64,000 nt of DNA. It comes from an uncultured Gammaproteobacteria bacterium (lineage in GTDB: Bacteria > Patescibacteriota > Microgenomatia > UBA8517). Positions 24,899 through 35,019 of this stretch are shown piece by piece (position 1 is the first letter of the stretch; every line of letters begins with the position of its first letter). The stretch is taken from the NCBI GenBank assembly GCA_964599625.1, contig CAZRGC010000005.1, positions 10,462-74,461 on the forward strand, read 5' to 3'. The translations under genes and the position numbers were made by a program. The notes beneath the pieces are model-generated. The model saw only the letters and a list, made by a program, of their open reading frames with translations. It ran no database searches and had not been told where the DNA came from.

Positions 24899-25528
24899 AT
24901 GGAATATTTACTCAGGCGTGCCAGAGAAATAATGACACCCAAAGAAAAGGTGCTGCCTTTAACCATGACAAACGAAGCTAGGGGCCATTTGAAAAGGTTG
25001 CTTTCTAGACCAAATCCCTTTCTTTCTGAATTTCTGTTCTATGCGCTTGGTAAAAACGGTATCATCGACACAATTGTGGCAAACGAACATCCCATGTATC
25101 CAGGTTCGGGGCTGCGTCAGGATGGCCCAAATAGCTACCTCTCTACGGCTGGAGAAGACGATGCAGAAGCACTAAACAAAAAACTGCTATCAGTTGGGCG
25201 ATTTGAAGACATGCTTGTTTATGGACACACTCACCCATCAGGTAGCTTTATATTCAAAGGCCAAAGACTGACGGTCGCGCCCAGTTACTCACACCTCAAT
25301 CCATCCTCGGGATCCAAGCTTTCAGGCGGAATTACAAGTGCTCACGATATGAAGGCGGCAAGACTCTTGGCCGAAAATTGGAGAATATCAAACACACCTC
25401 CCCACTTTGGAATTGCAGCACTCACCGAGGATGGTTACAAAATGAAAGTATTTAACACGCAGGATCTGGCAAAAGCCAAACGCTACCAAGACATAGACAA
25501 TGCCCAACAAATAACCATCGATCTGTAA
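24899..25528 (+). CDS. RadC-like JAB/MPN domain protein, tandem paralog 1
   Basis: ANEHP Glu, VYGHTHPSG (RadC HNHPSG-like) and downstream SAHD; 209 aa. Confidence 0.55.
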   Translation: MEYLLRRAREIMTPKEKVLPLTMTNEARGHLKRLLSRPNPFLSEFLFYALGKNGIIDTIVANEHPMYPGSGLRQDGPNSYLSTAGEDDAEALNKKLLSVGRFEDMLVYGHTHPSGSFIFKGQRLTVAPSYSHLNPSSGSKLSGGITSAHDMKAARLLAENWRISNTPPHFGIAALTEDGYKMKVFNTQDLAKAKRYQDIDNAQQITIDL

Positions 25529-25553
25529 AAACATGCAGTGCTAAAATCGAATT

Positions 25554-26177
25554 ATGGAAATCTCCACTCAACAACCGCAAGAACTGACAAAAACGATAGA
25601 GAACGAAGTCGCTCTCACCATGACTAAGGAATCATCTCAGCTTCTTGGAAAATTATTGCTCCGCCCCAACCCCATGTTTTCAGAGTTCATGTTTTTTGCC
25701 TTGGGTGAAAATGGAACCATCAACGAAATAGTTGTTGCAAATACCGAAAGCCACCACCCTGAATCCGGCATTAAATTCGGACTTACTGGTTTTGGCCTTG
25801 GGGTATCAAGGAACGAACTGATTCAAGTTATGCAGAAACTTGAAAGAGAAGGTAAAATCGACAAAATCATGGTAGTTGGGCATTCTCACCCCTCTGGTAG
25901 ATCTGTACACAAAGGAATCACTCTACAAATAGATCCCAGCGACGAACTTTTGGAGCCATCTATGGGTGGGGTGCTGCAAGGAGGCCCGACAAAAGCAAAA
26001 GATCTCAAATTTGCATACGACTTGGAGCACGATGCAGGATTTCCTCATGAATTTTTTGGTATTGGAGCCGTAACAAACGAAGGACCCAAACTCAGGATAT
26101 ACAGAACAAAAGACCTGTCAAAAGTTAAAAAGAGCAAAGAAATTAACAGCCTCCCCCAGCAAACAATCAAACTTTAA
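25554..26177 (+). CDS. RadC-like JAB/MPN domain protein, tandem paralog 2
   Basis: ANTESHHPESG, VVGHSHPSG, PSDE; colinear similarity to 24899..25528 (LLxRPNPxxSEFxFxALGxNG...). Confidence 0.55.
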   Translation: MEISTQQPQELTKTIENEVALTMTKESSQLLGKLLLRPNPMFSEFMFFALGENGTINEIVVANTESHHPESGIKFGLTGFGLGVSRNELIQVMQKLEREGKIDKIMVVGHSHPSGRSVHKGITLQIDPSDELLEPSMGGVLQGGPTKAKDLKFAYDLEHDAGFPHEFFGIGAVTNEGPKLRIYRTKDLSKVKKSKEINSLPQQTIKL

Positions 26178-26181
26178 AAAC

Positions 26182-26754
26182 ATGGAACCAAAAAAAATAA
26201 AATTGGGCGCCAAAGACCTACGGAAAACCCCCCCAACTCCCGAGACTTTCGGAACCATAAAAAGAAATCCAATATATTTTGTCTTGGACAATGTAATCGA
26301 TACATACAATATCGGATCAATGTTCAGGTTAGCCGACGCAGTTGCGGCAGAAAAACTATATATATGCGGAGACGTAGAATACCCCCCAAATAGCCGAATT
26401 CACAAAGCAGCCGTTGGAACAGAAGAATGGGTGCCATGGGAAAAACGTGACAATGCAGTTGAAACAATAAAATATCTTCAAAACAAAGGTATCCAAATAG
26501 TGTGTGTAGAACAATCCCCTACTTCAATACCAATGACACTACTTTCAATGAAACTCCAGTTTCCAGTTGCCATTGTTGTTGGCAACGAAACAACAGGAAT
26601 TTCACAAAATGTCCTGGATGAGTCAGATCTGATTGTTGAACTACCAATGTTTGGAGTAAATAAGTCTCTGAATGTTTGGGGCAGTGGAGCGATTGTTGCA
26701 TACAATGTAGTCCAAGCTTTAATATCCTCACCATATTTCAAAAAAAATAAATAA
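26182..26754 (+). CDS. SpoU/TrmH family RNA 2'-O-methyltransferase
   Basis: SPOUT motifs NIGSMFRLADA, VVGNETTGIS, MFGVNKSLNVWGSGAIVAY. Confidence 0.75.
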   Translation: MEPKKIKLGAKDLRKTPPTPETFGTIKRNPIYFVLDNVIDTYNIGSMFRLADAVAAEKLYICGDVEYPPNSRIHKAAVGTEEWVPWEKRDNAVETIKYLQNKGIQIVCVEQSPTSIPMTLLSMKLQFPVAIVVGNETTGISQNVLDESDLIVELPMFGVNKSLNVWGSGAIVAYNVVQALISSPYFKKNK

Positions 26755-26757
26755 AAC

Positions 26758-27294
26758 ATGCAGGAAAGAATTAACTTATTTTTATCACCGGAAGAAGTTG
26801 CAAAGATCGAAAGCGAATTCAAGCCAGGGCAAGTTCCTGAGTCTATTTGGTACGAACATTTACGCCTCAATGCAGTCGTCACAGTCGAAATCACGCCATA
26901 CAAAATTGTTAACGGAAAAATAATGGTTTACATGGAAATGCGACCACAGACTGACCGCTACTACCCCGGACTTTACCACACCCCTGGAACCATGGTAAAC
27001 GGAAACGATATATCTTTAGAAATGGCAATCGACAGAGTCAAAAGCAAAGAAATAGGCACCTTCATCACTGGAGATGTGGAACAAATTGCGGCTTATTTCA
27101 GAAAGACACCTCGCGGAAACGAAGGAGTATTCCAATATTTGCTGCAGGTGTACGAAGGAGGAAATACAGAAAATTGGTTTAATGCCGACAATCTTCCCGA
27201 AAACACAATCCCAGCACACAAAGAAATGGTGGCTTTATCAGTGAAAAATATCAAATCCAAAGGGCAAAAAAGACAGACTGCAGCCTTCGAATAA
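26758..27294 (+). CDS. hypothetical protein (178 aa)
   Basis: ORF. Confidence 0.5.
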   Translation: MQERINLFLSPEEVAKIESEFKPGQVPESIWYEHLRLNAVVTVEITPYKIVNGKIMVYMEMRPQTDRYYPGLYHTPGTMVNGNDISLEMAIDRVKSKEIGTFITGDVEQIAAYFRKTPRGNEGVFQYLLQVYEGGNTENWFNADNLPENTIPAHKEMVALSVKNIKSKGQKRQTAAFE

Positions 27295-27342
27295 TTCCCA
27301 CAAAAAAAACCGCTGTCGGCGGTTATTAGCGAAGTCAAAGAA

Positions 27343-27804
27343 TTATCTTGTAACCGAAATGGTTGGGGTTGTTCCACCTACAGCCTCAGCAGCTGGTGCG
27401 GCAACTGTAACTCTACCTGCTGTATCTCTGACAACTGTATATCCTGTCGCGTATGCGGCTGCACAATTGCTGACTGCCGTTCCACTTGTCGGAGGTGATG
27501 GGTCCGAAGGAAGAGACGCAATGTAAGTCGGGCTTATAGCTGCACAAATATCAGCAGCACCCGTTGCAATCTCTTGAGCGGTAGTTGTAATTCCGGCTGG
27601 AAGAACTCCTTTGTTATCGGCTGCATATTGATGAATTGCATTCAAAAGCTGAGTTACATCACTTCTTCTGGCTGTGTTATTTGCCTGGGCAAACTGTCTG
27701 GCTGGGTTAATGGCAATAAGGACGATTGCAAGAAGAATACCCAATATACCAATTACTACAAGAAGTTCAATCAGTGTGAAACCTTTAACTCTTAACTTGG
27801 GCAT
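27343..27804 (-). CDS. type IV pilin (major pilin-like)
   Basis: prepilin N-terminus KGFTLIELLVVIGILGILLAIVL. Confidence 0.8.
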   Translation of the reverse strand: MPKLRVKGFTLIELLVVIGILGILLAIVLIAINPARQFAQANNTARRSDVTQLLNAIHQYAADNKGVLPAGITTTAQEIATGAADICAAISPTYIASLPSDPSPPTSGTAVSNCAAAYATGYTVVRDTAGRVTVAAPAAEAVGGTTPTISVTR

Positions 27805-27852
27805 AATTAAATCTAGATCACCAAAATATTAGTGTCAAGTGGTAATTAAAAT

Positions 27853-28518
27853 TCACCTTCTAAAAATCAGTAGTGCAGCAAGCACCACCAAAAGTATTCC
27901 AAACACCAAAAGCATGTATGGCAATGCTTTGCTTTTTTGTTTTACTTCTACCTGTTTTGGAGTTTCAGACTGCTGAACTGCAATTTTATTGATCATGCTT
28001 CCACTGAGATTCGATGAGTAATTTTCCAATATTGTAGTTGCAAAAACCTCATCCAACACTCTTCCGGGCACATATCCCGGGAACATCATTGCCGGAGTCA
28101 CTGTCTCAACCACAAATCCCTCTTTCCCCAATACTTCAGCAATCAGCTCAACAGTTTCTTTGTTGGTGGCCACTGTTCTTATTCCGTCTTTAGTACGATA
28201 ATTCTTAGCAAGAACCTGTCCATATGGCACGGCGTCTATAAACTGCTCCATCTTCTCGTTCATAATATTTGGGTCGGTTTCGGATAAGTCATTAGATATG
28301 CACACATCGTTTGCCAGAACCATACTCACACTCCCCGCAGTGCGGCCATTCTTTTTAATAAAAATGTCAACAAATCCGTCAAAAGCACTTCTGTCCAACA
28401 CATCAAAATCTTTGATAACTTTGGGGTCTAAATCTTCTTTTGTAACAATCTTTCCGTCAAAAAAAGATAAACTTTTTGAATCAATAAAAAGAATGTATTT
28501 ACCTTTATCTTCGTGCAT
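27853..28518 (-). CDS. pilus-associated hypothetical protein with C-terminal TM anchor
   Basis: located in pilus operon; C-terminal LPYMLLVFGILLVVLAALLIF. Confidence 0.5.
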   Translation of the reverse strand: MHEDKGKYILFIDSKSLSFFDGKIVTKEDLDPKVIKDFDVLDRSAFDGFVDIFIKKNGRTAGSVSMVLANDVCISNDLSETDPNIMNEKMEQFIDAVPYGQVLAKNYRTKDGIRTVATNKETVELIAEVLGKEGFVVETVTPAMMFPGYVPGRVLDEVFATTILENYSSNLSGSMINKIAVQQSETPKQVEVKQKSKALPYMLLVFGILLVVLAALLIFRR

Positions 28519-28902
28519 TTATTTTTCTTTCCAATAAACCTGAGTCAAAACATTCTGACTGTTTGTAACAACGCTTTCAACTCTTTTGGAATAAGTACCG
28601 TTTGTAGCAGTAGAAACAATAGTCGCGTTTTCCCCGAACCAGCTAACTGAAACAACTATAGTTCCACCACCTGGCTCGTTAATCGTTTCACCGACATAGC
28701 TTGGGTCCCTTAGTAGTTTTATATATGCAGTCTCAATTCCGGAGTCCGCCATTTGCTTAGTGGATATACCCATCGATAAGTCATTTGACGCAACTGCGTT
28801 GGCAGTAACAACAAATATAGCTGTAGAGGCAACCAGTACCGCCATTAATACAAAGATCAGAAGAACTATCAAAGTTTGTCCGGCTTCTTGACTTGTTTTC
28901 AT
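28519..28902 (-). CDS. minor pilin / pseudopilin-like protein
   Basis: N-terminal hydrophobic helix LIVLLIFVLMAVLVASTAIFVV; operon context. Confidence 0.55.
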   Translation of the reverse strand: MKTSQEAGQTLIVLLIFVLMAVLVASTAIFVVTANAVASNDLSMGISTKQMADSGIETAYIKLLRDPSYVGETINEPGGGTIVVSVSWFGENATIVSTATNGTYSKRVESVVTNSQNVLTQVYWKEK

Positions 28903-28911
28903 AATAAAAGT

Positions 28912-29415
28912 TTACCTCAAAGAAACAGCTGTGCTTACAGATCTTAACAAGTCACTTTGAGAATTAATGTTTGATTTCAAAACGTAGTCAACCTTAATAG
29001 TGCTTTTACCCCCCGGTTTACCTGTGTTTGCAAAACTAATATTTACCAGGTCAGTATCCAAACTATTCAGACTGTGAGACTCCGCACCATTGGTCAAAAT
29101 CATCTTGCCGGACGACGACGCCACTTGAATATCCTGGCCATTGTGAACTACATGCAATGTGTCCGATGTGGTCCCATATGCAGGTGATATTACATCTTCA
29201 GAATTTTGTAAAATATAAATTAATTTTGAAAGTATATAGCGCGAATCCCTATTTACCGAACCAACACTTTCGCTATTGAGTTTTGTGTCCAAAGTTGTTG
29301 TAAACATATTCATTAATACCAAAATAAATATCGACATTAGCCCCATATAAAGCACAAGTTCTATCAAAGAAGAACCCAAATACTTTGAATTTTTGGTGTT
29401 TATGTAGTTGTTCAT
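28912..29415 (-). CDS. pseudopilin (prepilin-type N-terminus)
   Basis: GSSLIELVLYMGLMSIFILVL. Confidence 0.65.
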   Translation of the reverse strand: MNNYINTKNSKYLGSSLIELVLYMGLMSIFILVLMNMFTTTLDTKLNSESVGSVNRDSRYILSKLIYILQNSEDVISPAYGTTSDTLHVVHNGQDIQVASSSGKMILTNGAESHSLNSLDTDLVNISFANTGKPGGKSTIKVDYVLKSNINSQSDLLRSVSTAVSLR

Positions 29416-31793
29416 GGCGAATAATTAATGTTAACGTCATTAAGTTGCGGAGTTTGGTTAAAGTCGGTAGTGTCCAAATAACTTTTGTATTTCACACAGC
29501 GTTCGGGGTTGGAGTAACCTCCAAAAGTGCCGACAGGAAAAGTCCCCGAGATGGAAGCAGCACTAGGTGTGTAGTAAGTCGCCGAACTATTGTCTGGCCC
29601 CAAAAAATTGTATAAAGCACCTGTACACAAACCAGCAGAAGGAGTTGCTACCGCTACCTGCATTTTGATATTGGTATTTGCGGGTTGTGTAACACCGGCG
29701 GTAAATCGGTTAAAAGCTGACGATGTTGCAAACGATATCGGACTCGACTCAAAAGTTCCCGAGCCAACATATATCCCCGTATCTGGCCCACCCTGAATAA
29801 TCTTAAGCTGCTTTTCTGTTGTGTTGGCAATCATATAAACAAAATTGTCGCCATCTGCCTCCGAAACACTTGTCAGATCATTAAAACCGGGAAGGTAGTT
29901 CACACCACCGCAATACGCAGGCGCATTCTCGTTTTCAATATTTAAGACTTGGTATTCTTTGGGTTCTGTGGAATCCTGGACCCCATCCTGGCCTACCAAT
30001 ATAGCCCTCCCCCCATTAAGAACAGTAAGGCTTCTCCTGGGAAACAGCTGTATGTTTGTTAAATCTCCATCGTAATATCCGCCCGAGACAATAGAAGGCG
30101 AACTTTTATTGGAAGTGTTCAAGATATAAAACTGGTGGCTATCCGGCGAGCCGTTGTTGTTGCCGTCAATACCTCCATTGCTGGACACATACGCCCTTGT
30201 GCCGTCCGACTTTATATAAACAGAGTTGGCAGCTTCTTCGGTGCCGCTTGAGGAGTTAAAATCCAACGATCCAATTCTTTTCCAACCGCTTGCACCACCT
30301 GAAATTCTTCCGCAGCTGCTACTATTGATCCTTGGATTTGTGGATGAAGAAGGAACACTTGTTACATTTGCTATATTAAACTCTGGATTAGTTCCGGCTC
30401 CCACCGCCACATAGACATAAGTGCTTCCGGACACATTGACTACATCCAGGTCATTGTCTGCATGCAGTTCAATATTGCCCCCATCTGAACAGTTGTTGTG
30501 TGCGGGTGAAGTTGTATCACTCCAGGACGACCCTGTTTCGTTTGATGAATACTTCCTGTCAACTCCGGTTCCGGGAGAACAATCATATCCGTCCAGCTGG
30601 ATCCTGCAACCAACCATATCAAGGCCTATGGTGGGAGATTTGGTGTCAATATTTGTTAAATCAAAAACATAAAGGTAACCGCCCGAAAGTAAATATCCTC
30701 TATTTCCGGATACCGTAAGCGCAGACGCCCCATACCCAAACGGCGCGTGATCCTGATTGGGGGTGGACCGTGTATCACCTTGGTACTGCTTCGTGTTAAA
30801 AAAAGTCCAGTATTTATATATTTTGTTTACGGGATCCTGAAAAGCGCTGGTTCCTCCATTTGTTATCTGAACAACAACGACCTCATGGTCGGGAAGATTT
30901 GTTGCCAGTAGTGCATACATATTACCGCTACCAGCGACATAATATTTAACATCTTTGGTCTTAAAACTGTTGTTCAAATTTATGCCTGTTGGAAAATATG
31001 AAATATCAGAATATTTTGATTGATCTAGAGTAAAAGTACCTTTAAGTGTGGCTAGTGGAGGATCTGTGTCAGCAGTAACACTAATGTATGCAAGTTTAGA
31101 CGAGTTTGTTGCTTCGGGAGACACTGCCACAAATGCCTCATTTGGAATAGCAGAAGATGTCGCCGAGGCGTAGGCACTTACCGCAACAGGAGGTCCGTCA
31201 GGAAGATCGATTGTGGTTTGCGATATTTCAGGTGAGCACCATTTTGCTTTGTTATTATTTGCAAGTTTAACTTCACCTCCATTAACTGTAGTAGTTTGCA
31301 CAGAATTCAATACACCGGCGTTGAAGTCTGCTTGAGTTGTTTGAACCGTCGACGTATTGCCCACATACCTTGAAAGTAAAAATGTAGTCGAAACATTTGT
31401 TGGAATAACGTTATTCCAGGATACAATTACCGTTACTCTTTTAAGCGATGGGTCCCACGGACTTACTTCGCTTATTTCGACGGATCTTGTAAAATCGCCG
31501 ATTGTTTCCTGTCCCAAATCCAAAGCCCACCTCGTACCGTTAAGTTTGGGATGAAAAACGCCGTTTGATTGCACGTTTGCCCAACCCTCTTCCCTCACAC
31601 TTCTGGCTGCACTCACTCCCTCTTCCAAATAACCTGTGGCAATATTTCTTTGTTCTTGTTGAACCTTGCCCCCGCGCGATGCTGCGAACCCGGAAACAAT
31701 CAAAGGTAAAAATATTGTCGCCAACCCAAAAGCCACCACAACTTCGACAACTGTCTGACCAGGCCCTTTTTTCAAATTAATAGGTCGCTCCAT
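29412..31793 (-). CDS. large pilin-like protein (793 aa) with N-terminal prepilin helix and Ser/Thr/Asn/Gly-rich beta-rich body
   Basis: GQTVVEVVVAFGLATIFLPLIV N-terminus; candidate tip adhesin/minor pilin. Confidence 0.6.
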   Translation of the reverse strand: MERPINLKKGPGQTVVEVVVAFGLATIFLPLIVSGFAASRGGKVQQEQRNIATGYLEEGVSAARSVREEGWANVQSNGVFHPKLNGTRWALDLGQETIGDFTRSVEISEVSPWDPSLKRVTVIVSWNNVIPTNVSTTFLLSRYVGNTSTVQTTQADFNAGVLNSVQTTTVNGGEVKLANNNKAKWCSPEISQTTIDLPDGPPVAVSAYASATSSAIPNEAFVAVSPEATNSSKLAYISVTADTDPPLATLKGTFTLDQSKYSDISYFPTGINLNNSFKTKDVKYYVAGSGNMYALLATNLPDHEVVVVQITNGGTSAFQDPVNKIYKYWTFFNTKQYQGDTRSTPNQDHAPFGYGASALTVSGNRGYLLSGGYLYVFDLTNIDTKSPTIGLDMVGCRIQLDGYDCSPGTGVDRKYSSNETGSSWSDTTSPAHNNCSDGGNIELHADNDLDVVNVSGSTYVYVAVGAGTNPEFNIANVTSVPSSSTNPRINSSSCGRISGGASGWKRIGSLDFNSSSGTEEAANSVYIKSDGTRAYVSSNGGIDGNNNGSPDSHQFYILNTSNKSSPSIVSGGYYDGDLTNIQLFPRRSLTVLNGGRAILVGQDGVQDSTEPKEYQVLNIENENAPAYCGGVNYLPGFNDLTSVSEADGDNFVYMIANTTEKQLKIIQGGPDTGIYVGSGTFESSPISFATSSAFNRFTAGVTQPANTNIKMQVAVATPSAGLCTGALYNFLGPDNSSATYYTPSAASISGTFPVGTFGGYSNPERCVKYKSYLDTTDFNQTPQLNDVNINYSP

Positions 31794-32238
31794 ATTTATT
31801 TATTCTGACGACTGTGTTTTTGTCACTGACTGTGTTTGTCAATGTAAAACTGTCATTTCCGGCCAAATACCCAACAAAATCGCCGCTTCCGGATGCAAAA
31901 ATAATCTCGTCGTTTGGTAAATCACTGGCAACAACCACTCCTCCATCCAATTCCACAACCAATTTACCTTCGCCTGTTATGTAACTTTCTCCTTTAAACA
32001 GAGTATAAGAACCCGACTCAAAATGAATTCCATATCCCGAGGTTCCGGACATTGCCAATGTTTGCTGTGCCCTGATATCGTTTACGACTTTGTCATACGA
32101 CAGATCCTGACTTGTGTTGGGAATAAGATTAGAAAGGCTGATTGAGGCTATGCCAAACAACGTTGCCAAAATCCCCATTGTTACAATGAGTTCAATTAAA
32201 GTGAATCCAGACGTCTTACTGTAAGTAAAATTCTTCAT
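31777..32238 (-). CDS. pseudopilin (GspH/FimT-like)
   Basis: SGFTLIELIVTMGILATLFGIA prepilin motif. Confidence 0.7.
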   Translation of the reverse strand: MKNFTYSKTSGFTLIELIVTMGILATLFGIASISLSNLIPNTSQDLSYDKVVNDIRAQQTLAMSGTSGYGIHFESGSYTLFKGESYITGEGKLVVELDGGVVVASDLPNDEIIFASGSGDFVGYLAGNDSFTLTNTVSDKNTVVRINKYGATY

Positions 32239-33299
32239 CTTACACTTCCCACCTGGCTTATGAGTCCGTAGATTGGAGTAATCAATGCAAGCATCAGTCC
32301 TCCTACAACTATTCCCACAAAAACCAACATTATCGGCTCCAATAGCGCAGTTAAAGTTTTCAAAAGGTTGGAAACTTCATAGTCAAAATACTCTGAGATG
32401 TCACTTAAGGACTTATCCAAAGTTCCTGTTTTTTCACCTGTCTCGATAAGTTTAATCATAATTGACGGTAAATATCCCTTTCCTGATCTCAATCCGTCTG
32501 AAAATGTTTTTCCGGAAAGTATTAGCTCTTTTGACTTTTGAATGATATTCCTGGTTTTTTTACTAGAAACAATGTCTTCTGTGAGCTCAAGTGCCCGCAC
32601 TATCGATAGTCCCGAACGAAGAAGAAGGTGCAAACTTCGAGAGAACCGGGTTACATCAATTAGTTTTACCAAATCAGAAATTCCTGGAAGTGAATAAAAA
32701 ATATTCAAGAAAAATTTTTTTTGTTGGGAAAAAATATATATAGCCACCACTGTCACGGCCATTAGCCCAAACAAAAATGGAACCGTATTTTTGGTGAGTA
32801 TGTCAGAAACAAAAATAAGTATTTTGGTTGGCAGCGGCAGCGGGACTTTCAGATTTGAAAATACAACTGCAACTTTTGGTATGACAAAAACCAAATTGAC
32901 AACAAGTACCAAGATAAAAACTAGAATAATAAATATTGGATAAATTAAAGCTGAACGGATCTTGTCGTTAAACTCATTTTGTTTTCTGATATCATCCCTT
33001 AAATCTTTCAGGGTCACATCAAGTGTTCCCGCCATCTCAGAAGCCCTGACAACATTTACCATAACCTTGTCAAAAATCTTGGGAAATCTGGCAAATGTAT
33101 AATTAACCTGGTGTCCTTGAGTCAAGTCATCACGGAGCGTTTCCAAAACCTTTTTTTGATTCCCTTTAGCATCGTCCAAAAGGTTTGAAACAGCATCAAG
33201 GATTGGAATACCCGAAGAAAGCATCGTAGAAAGATTGCTTATAAAGCTTATTTTTTCGCTTTGACTCAGACTGATGTTACCTAAGCTTTGCTCCTTCAT
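32235..33299 (-). CDS. pilC: type IV pilus assembly platform protein PilC (GspF family)
   Basis: two GspF-like repeats, 3 TM segments, 354 aa; overlaps pilB stop. Confidence 0.8.
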   Translation of the reverse strand: MKEQSLGNISLSQSEKISFISNLSTMLSSGIPILDAVSNLLDDAKGNQKKVLETLRDDLTQGHQVNYTFARFPKIFDKVMVNVVRASEMAGTLDVTLKDLRDDIRKQNEFNDKIRSALIYPIFIILVFILVLVVNLVFVIPKVAVVFSNLKVPLPLPTKILIFVSDILTKNTVPFLFGLMAVTVVAIYIFSQQKKFFLNIFYSLPGISDLVKLIDVTRFSRSLHLLLRSGLSIVRALELTEDIVSSKKTRNIIQKSKELILSGKTFSDGLRSGKGYLPSIMIKLIETGEKTGTLDKSLSDISEYFDYEVSNLLKTLTALLEPIMLVFVGIVVGGLMLALITPIYGLISQVGSVR

Positions 33300-34984
33300 A
33301 CCGTTGATTCAATTTTTGTGACCCTGATTACTTCCTCAATTGTTGTCATACCGGCCGCAACCTTTGCCAAACCGTCATCAAGCATCGTGTTCATCCCCTC
33401 TTTGATTGCTTGACTTAATATCGCGTCAGCGTCTGCCTTCTCAGAAATTAATCTTCTTATTTCTTTACTTATCTCCAATACCTCAAAAACCCCCAATCTA
33501 CCAACATAACCCGTTCTTCTGCAAACTTTGCAACCTTGGCCTTTGTGCAAAGTCACATCTCTCCCTTCACCAAAATATTTTCTGGAAAGATCTTGCGGAA
33601 AGTGCTTGGTTATATCTGTAATCGGCACCCTTTCTTCAACCTTGCACGATGAACATATTTGTCTCACCAACCTCTGAGCCACAATTACGTTTACAGTTGA
33701 GGCAACCAAAAATGGCTCTACCTTCATATCCGTCAAACGCGGGATAGCAGTCGCTGCGTCATTTGTATGCAAAGTCGATAACACTAAATGTCCCGTAAGG
33801 GCAGCGTTAACAGCAATACCTGCCGTTTCCGAATCGCGGATCTCCCCCACAAAAATGACATTTGGATCCTGCCTCAAAATCGATCTAAGCCCATTCGCAA
33901 AAGTAAGGTTTGTTTTCGCATTGACTTGCACCTGATTAGCACCAAAAATCTTATACTCCACAGGGTCTTCTATCGTCATTATGTTTTTCTCACGCGTGTT
34001 TAATATTTTCAAAATTGCGTAAATAGAAGTGGTTTTACCGCTGCCTGTTGGTCCGGTCGATAAAATCATTCCGTAAGTTTTGTTAAACGCGTTTGTAACC
34101 TTCTGCAAGTCGTCTGGATTCATTCCCAAGTCGGAAAGTGTATATTCCCTCGAATGACTGGACAAAAGCCTTAATACCGCCTTCTCACCTTCCGTAACCG
34201 GAAGTATAGAAACACGTATATCGAGATTTTCTTCCTCCAACTTCTGAACCATTTTTCCGTCTTGGGCGGAAAGATGCTCGTCGGTTCGCAAGTTTGACAA
34301 AACTTTAATGCGGGAGATTACTCTGTCGTGTATTTCGCGTGGAACACGCAATACATCCTGTAAAACACCGTCGATCCTGAACCTTATAAGTGAACTTTTT
34401 TCCTCGGGTTCGATATGAATATCGCTTGCCCTATCCTGGTAGGCAGCACTCACCAGAACGTCGACAACTTTTATAATTGGCAGGTCTCCCTGATACAGAG
34501 TTGCCTGTTTAACGTACTCTTTCAAAAGTTCATCAATTGTTTTTTGCAGTGCCTTTTTGTAAAGCTGGATTGTGCCAATTATCTCCTCCTGGCTTGTGTA
34601 ATAGACAGAGACTTTTTGTCCTGTTTTTTTTGCAACAACGTCTGCAATCAATTTATTTTCCGGATCGTTTACGGCAAGTTTTATACCTCCCTCGTTTCTA
34701 TCAAAAGCTATAGCCATTTGTTTTCGGGCTACACGTTCCGGAATAAGATGCGCAACATCTTCAGGGATAGATACATCCGAAAGTGTAATGTAGGGGACCT
34801 TATAATAGCCGGCGACAATCTGCCCCAGCTGTTCTTTTGTTATAGCACCGCTTTCCAAATAACTATTAACTCCCAACTGGGTTCTGGAAGTCGTCGAATA
34901 AGCCTCCGCTTTATTGTGAGATGAGGGTTCTACTAAAGAACTTTTTTTAACTAGGTCCAAAAGGACAGCATCGGGCAGAGCCAT
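33296..34984 (-). CDS. pilB: type IV pilus assembly ATPase PilB (GspE family)
   Basis: Walker A GPTGSGKTTS, Asp/His boxes, tetracysteine CSSCK...CKVCRRTG; 562 aa. Confidence 0.9.
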   Translation of the reverse strand: MALPDAVLLDLVKKSSLVEPSSHNKAEAYSTTSRTQLGVNSYLESGAITKEQLGQIVAGYYKVPYITLSDVSIPEDVAHLIPERVARKQMAIAFDRNEGGIKLAVNDPENKLIADVVAKKTGQKVSVYYTSQEEIIGTIQLYKKALQKTIDELLKEYVKQATLYQGDLPIIKVVDVLVSAAYQDRASDIHIEPEEKSSLIRFRIDGVLQDVLRVPREIHDRVISRIKVLSNLRTDEHLSAQDGKMVQKLEEENLDIRVSILPVTEGEKAVLRLLSSHSREYTLSDLGMNPDDLQKVTNAFNKTYGMILSTGPTGSGKTTSIYAILKILNTREKNIMTIEDPVEYKIFGANQVQVNAKTNLTFANGLRSILRQDPNVIFVGEIRDSETAGIAVNAALTGHLVLSTLHTNDAATAIPRLTDMKVEPFLVASTVNVIVAQRLVRQICSSCKVEERVPITDITKHFPQDLSRKYFGEGRDVTLHKGQGCKVCRRTGYVGRLGVFEVLEISKEIRRLISEKADADAILSQAIKEGMNTMLDDGLAKVAAGMTTIEEVIRVTKIESTV

Positions 34985-35019
34985 AATTCATTCTAACATT
35001 AGGGGTTAACCAATACTAA

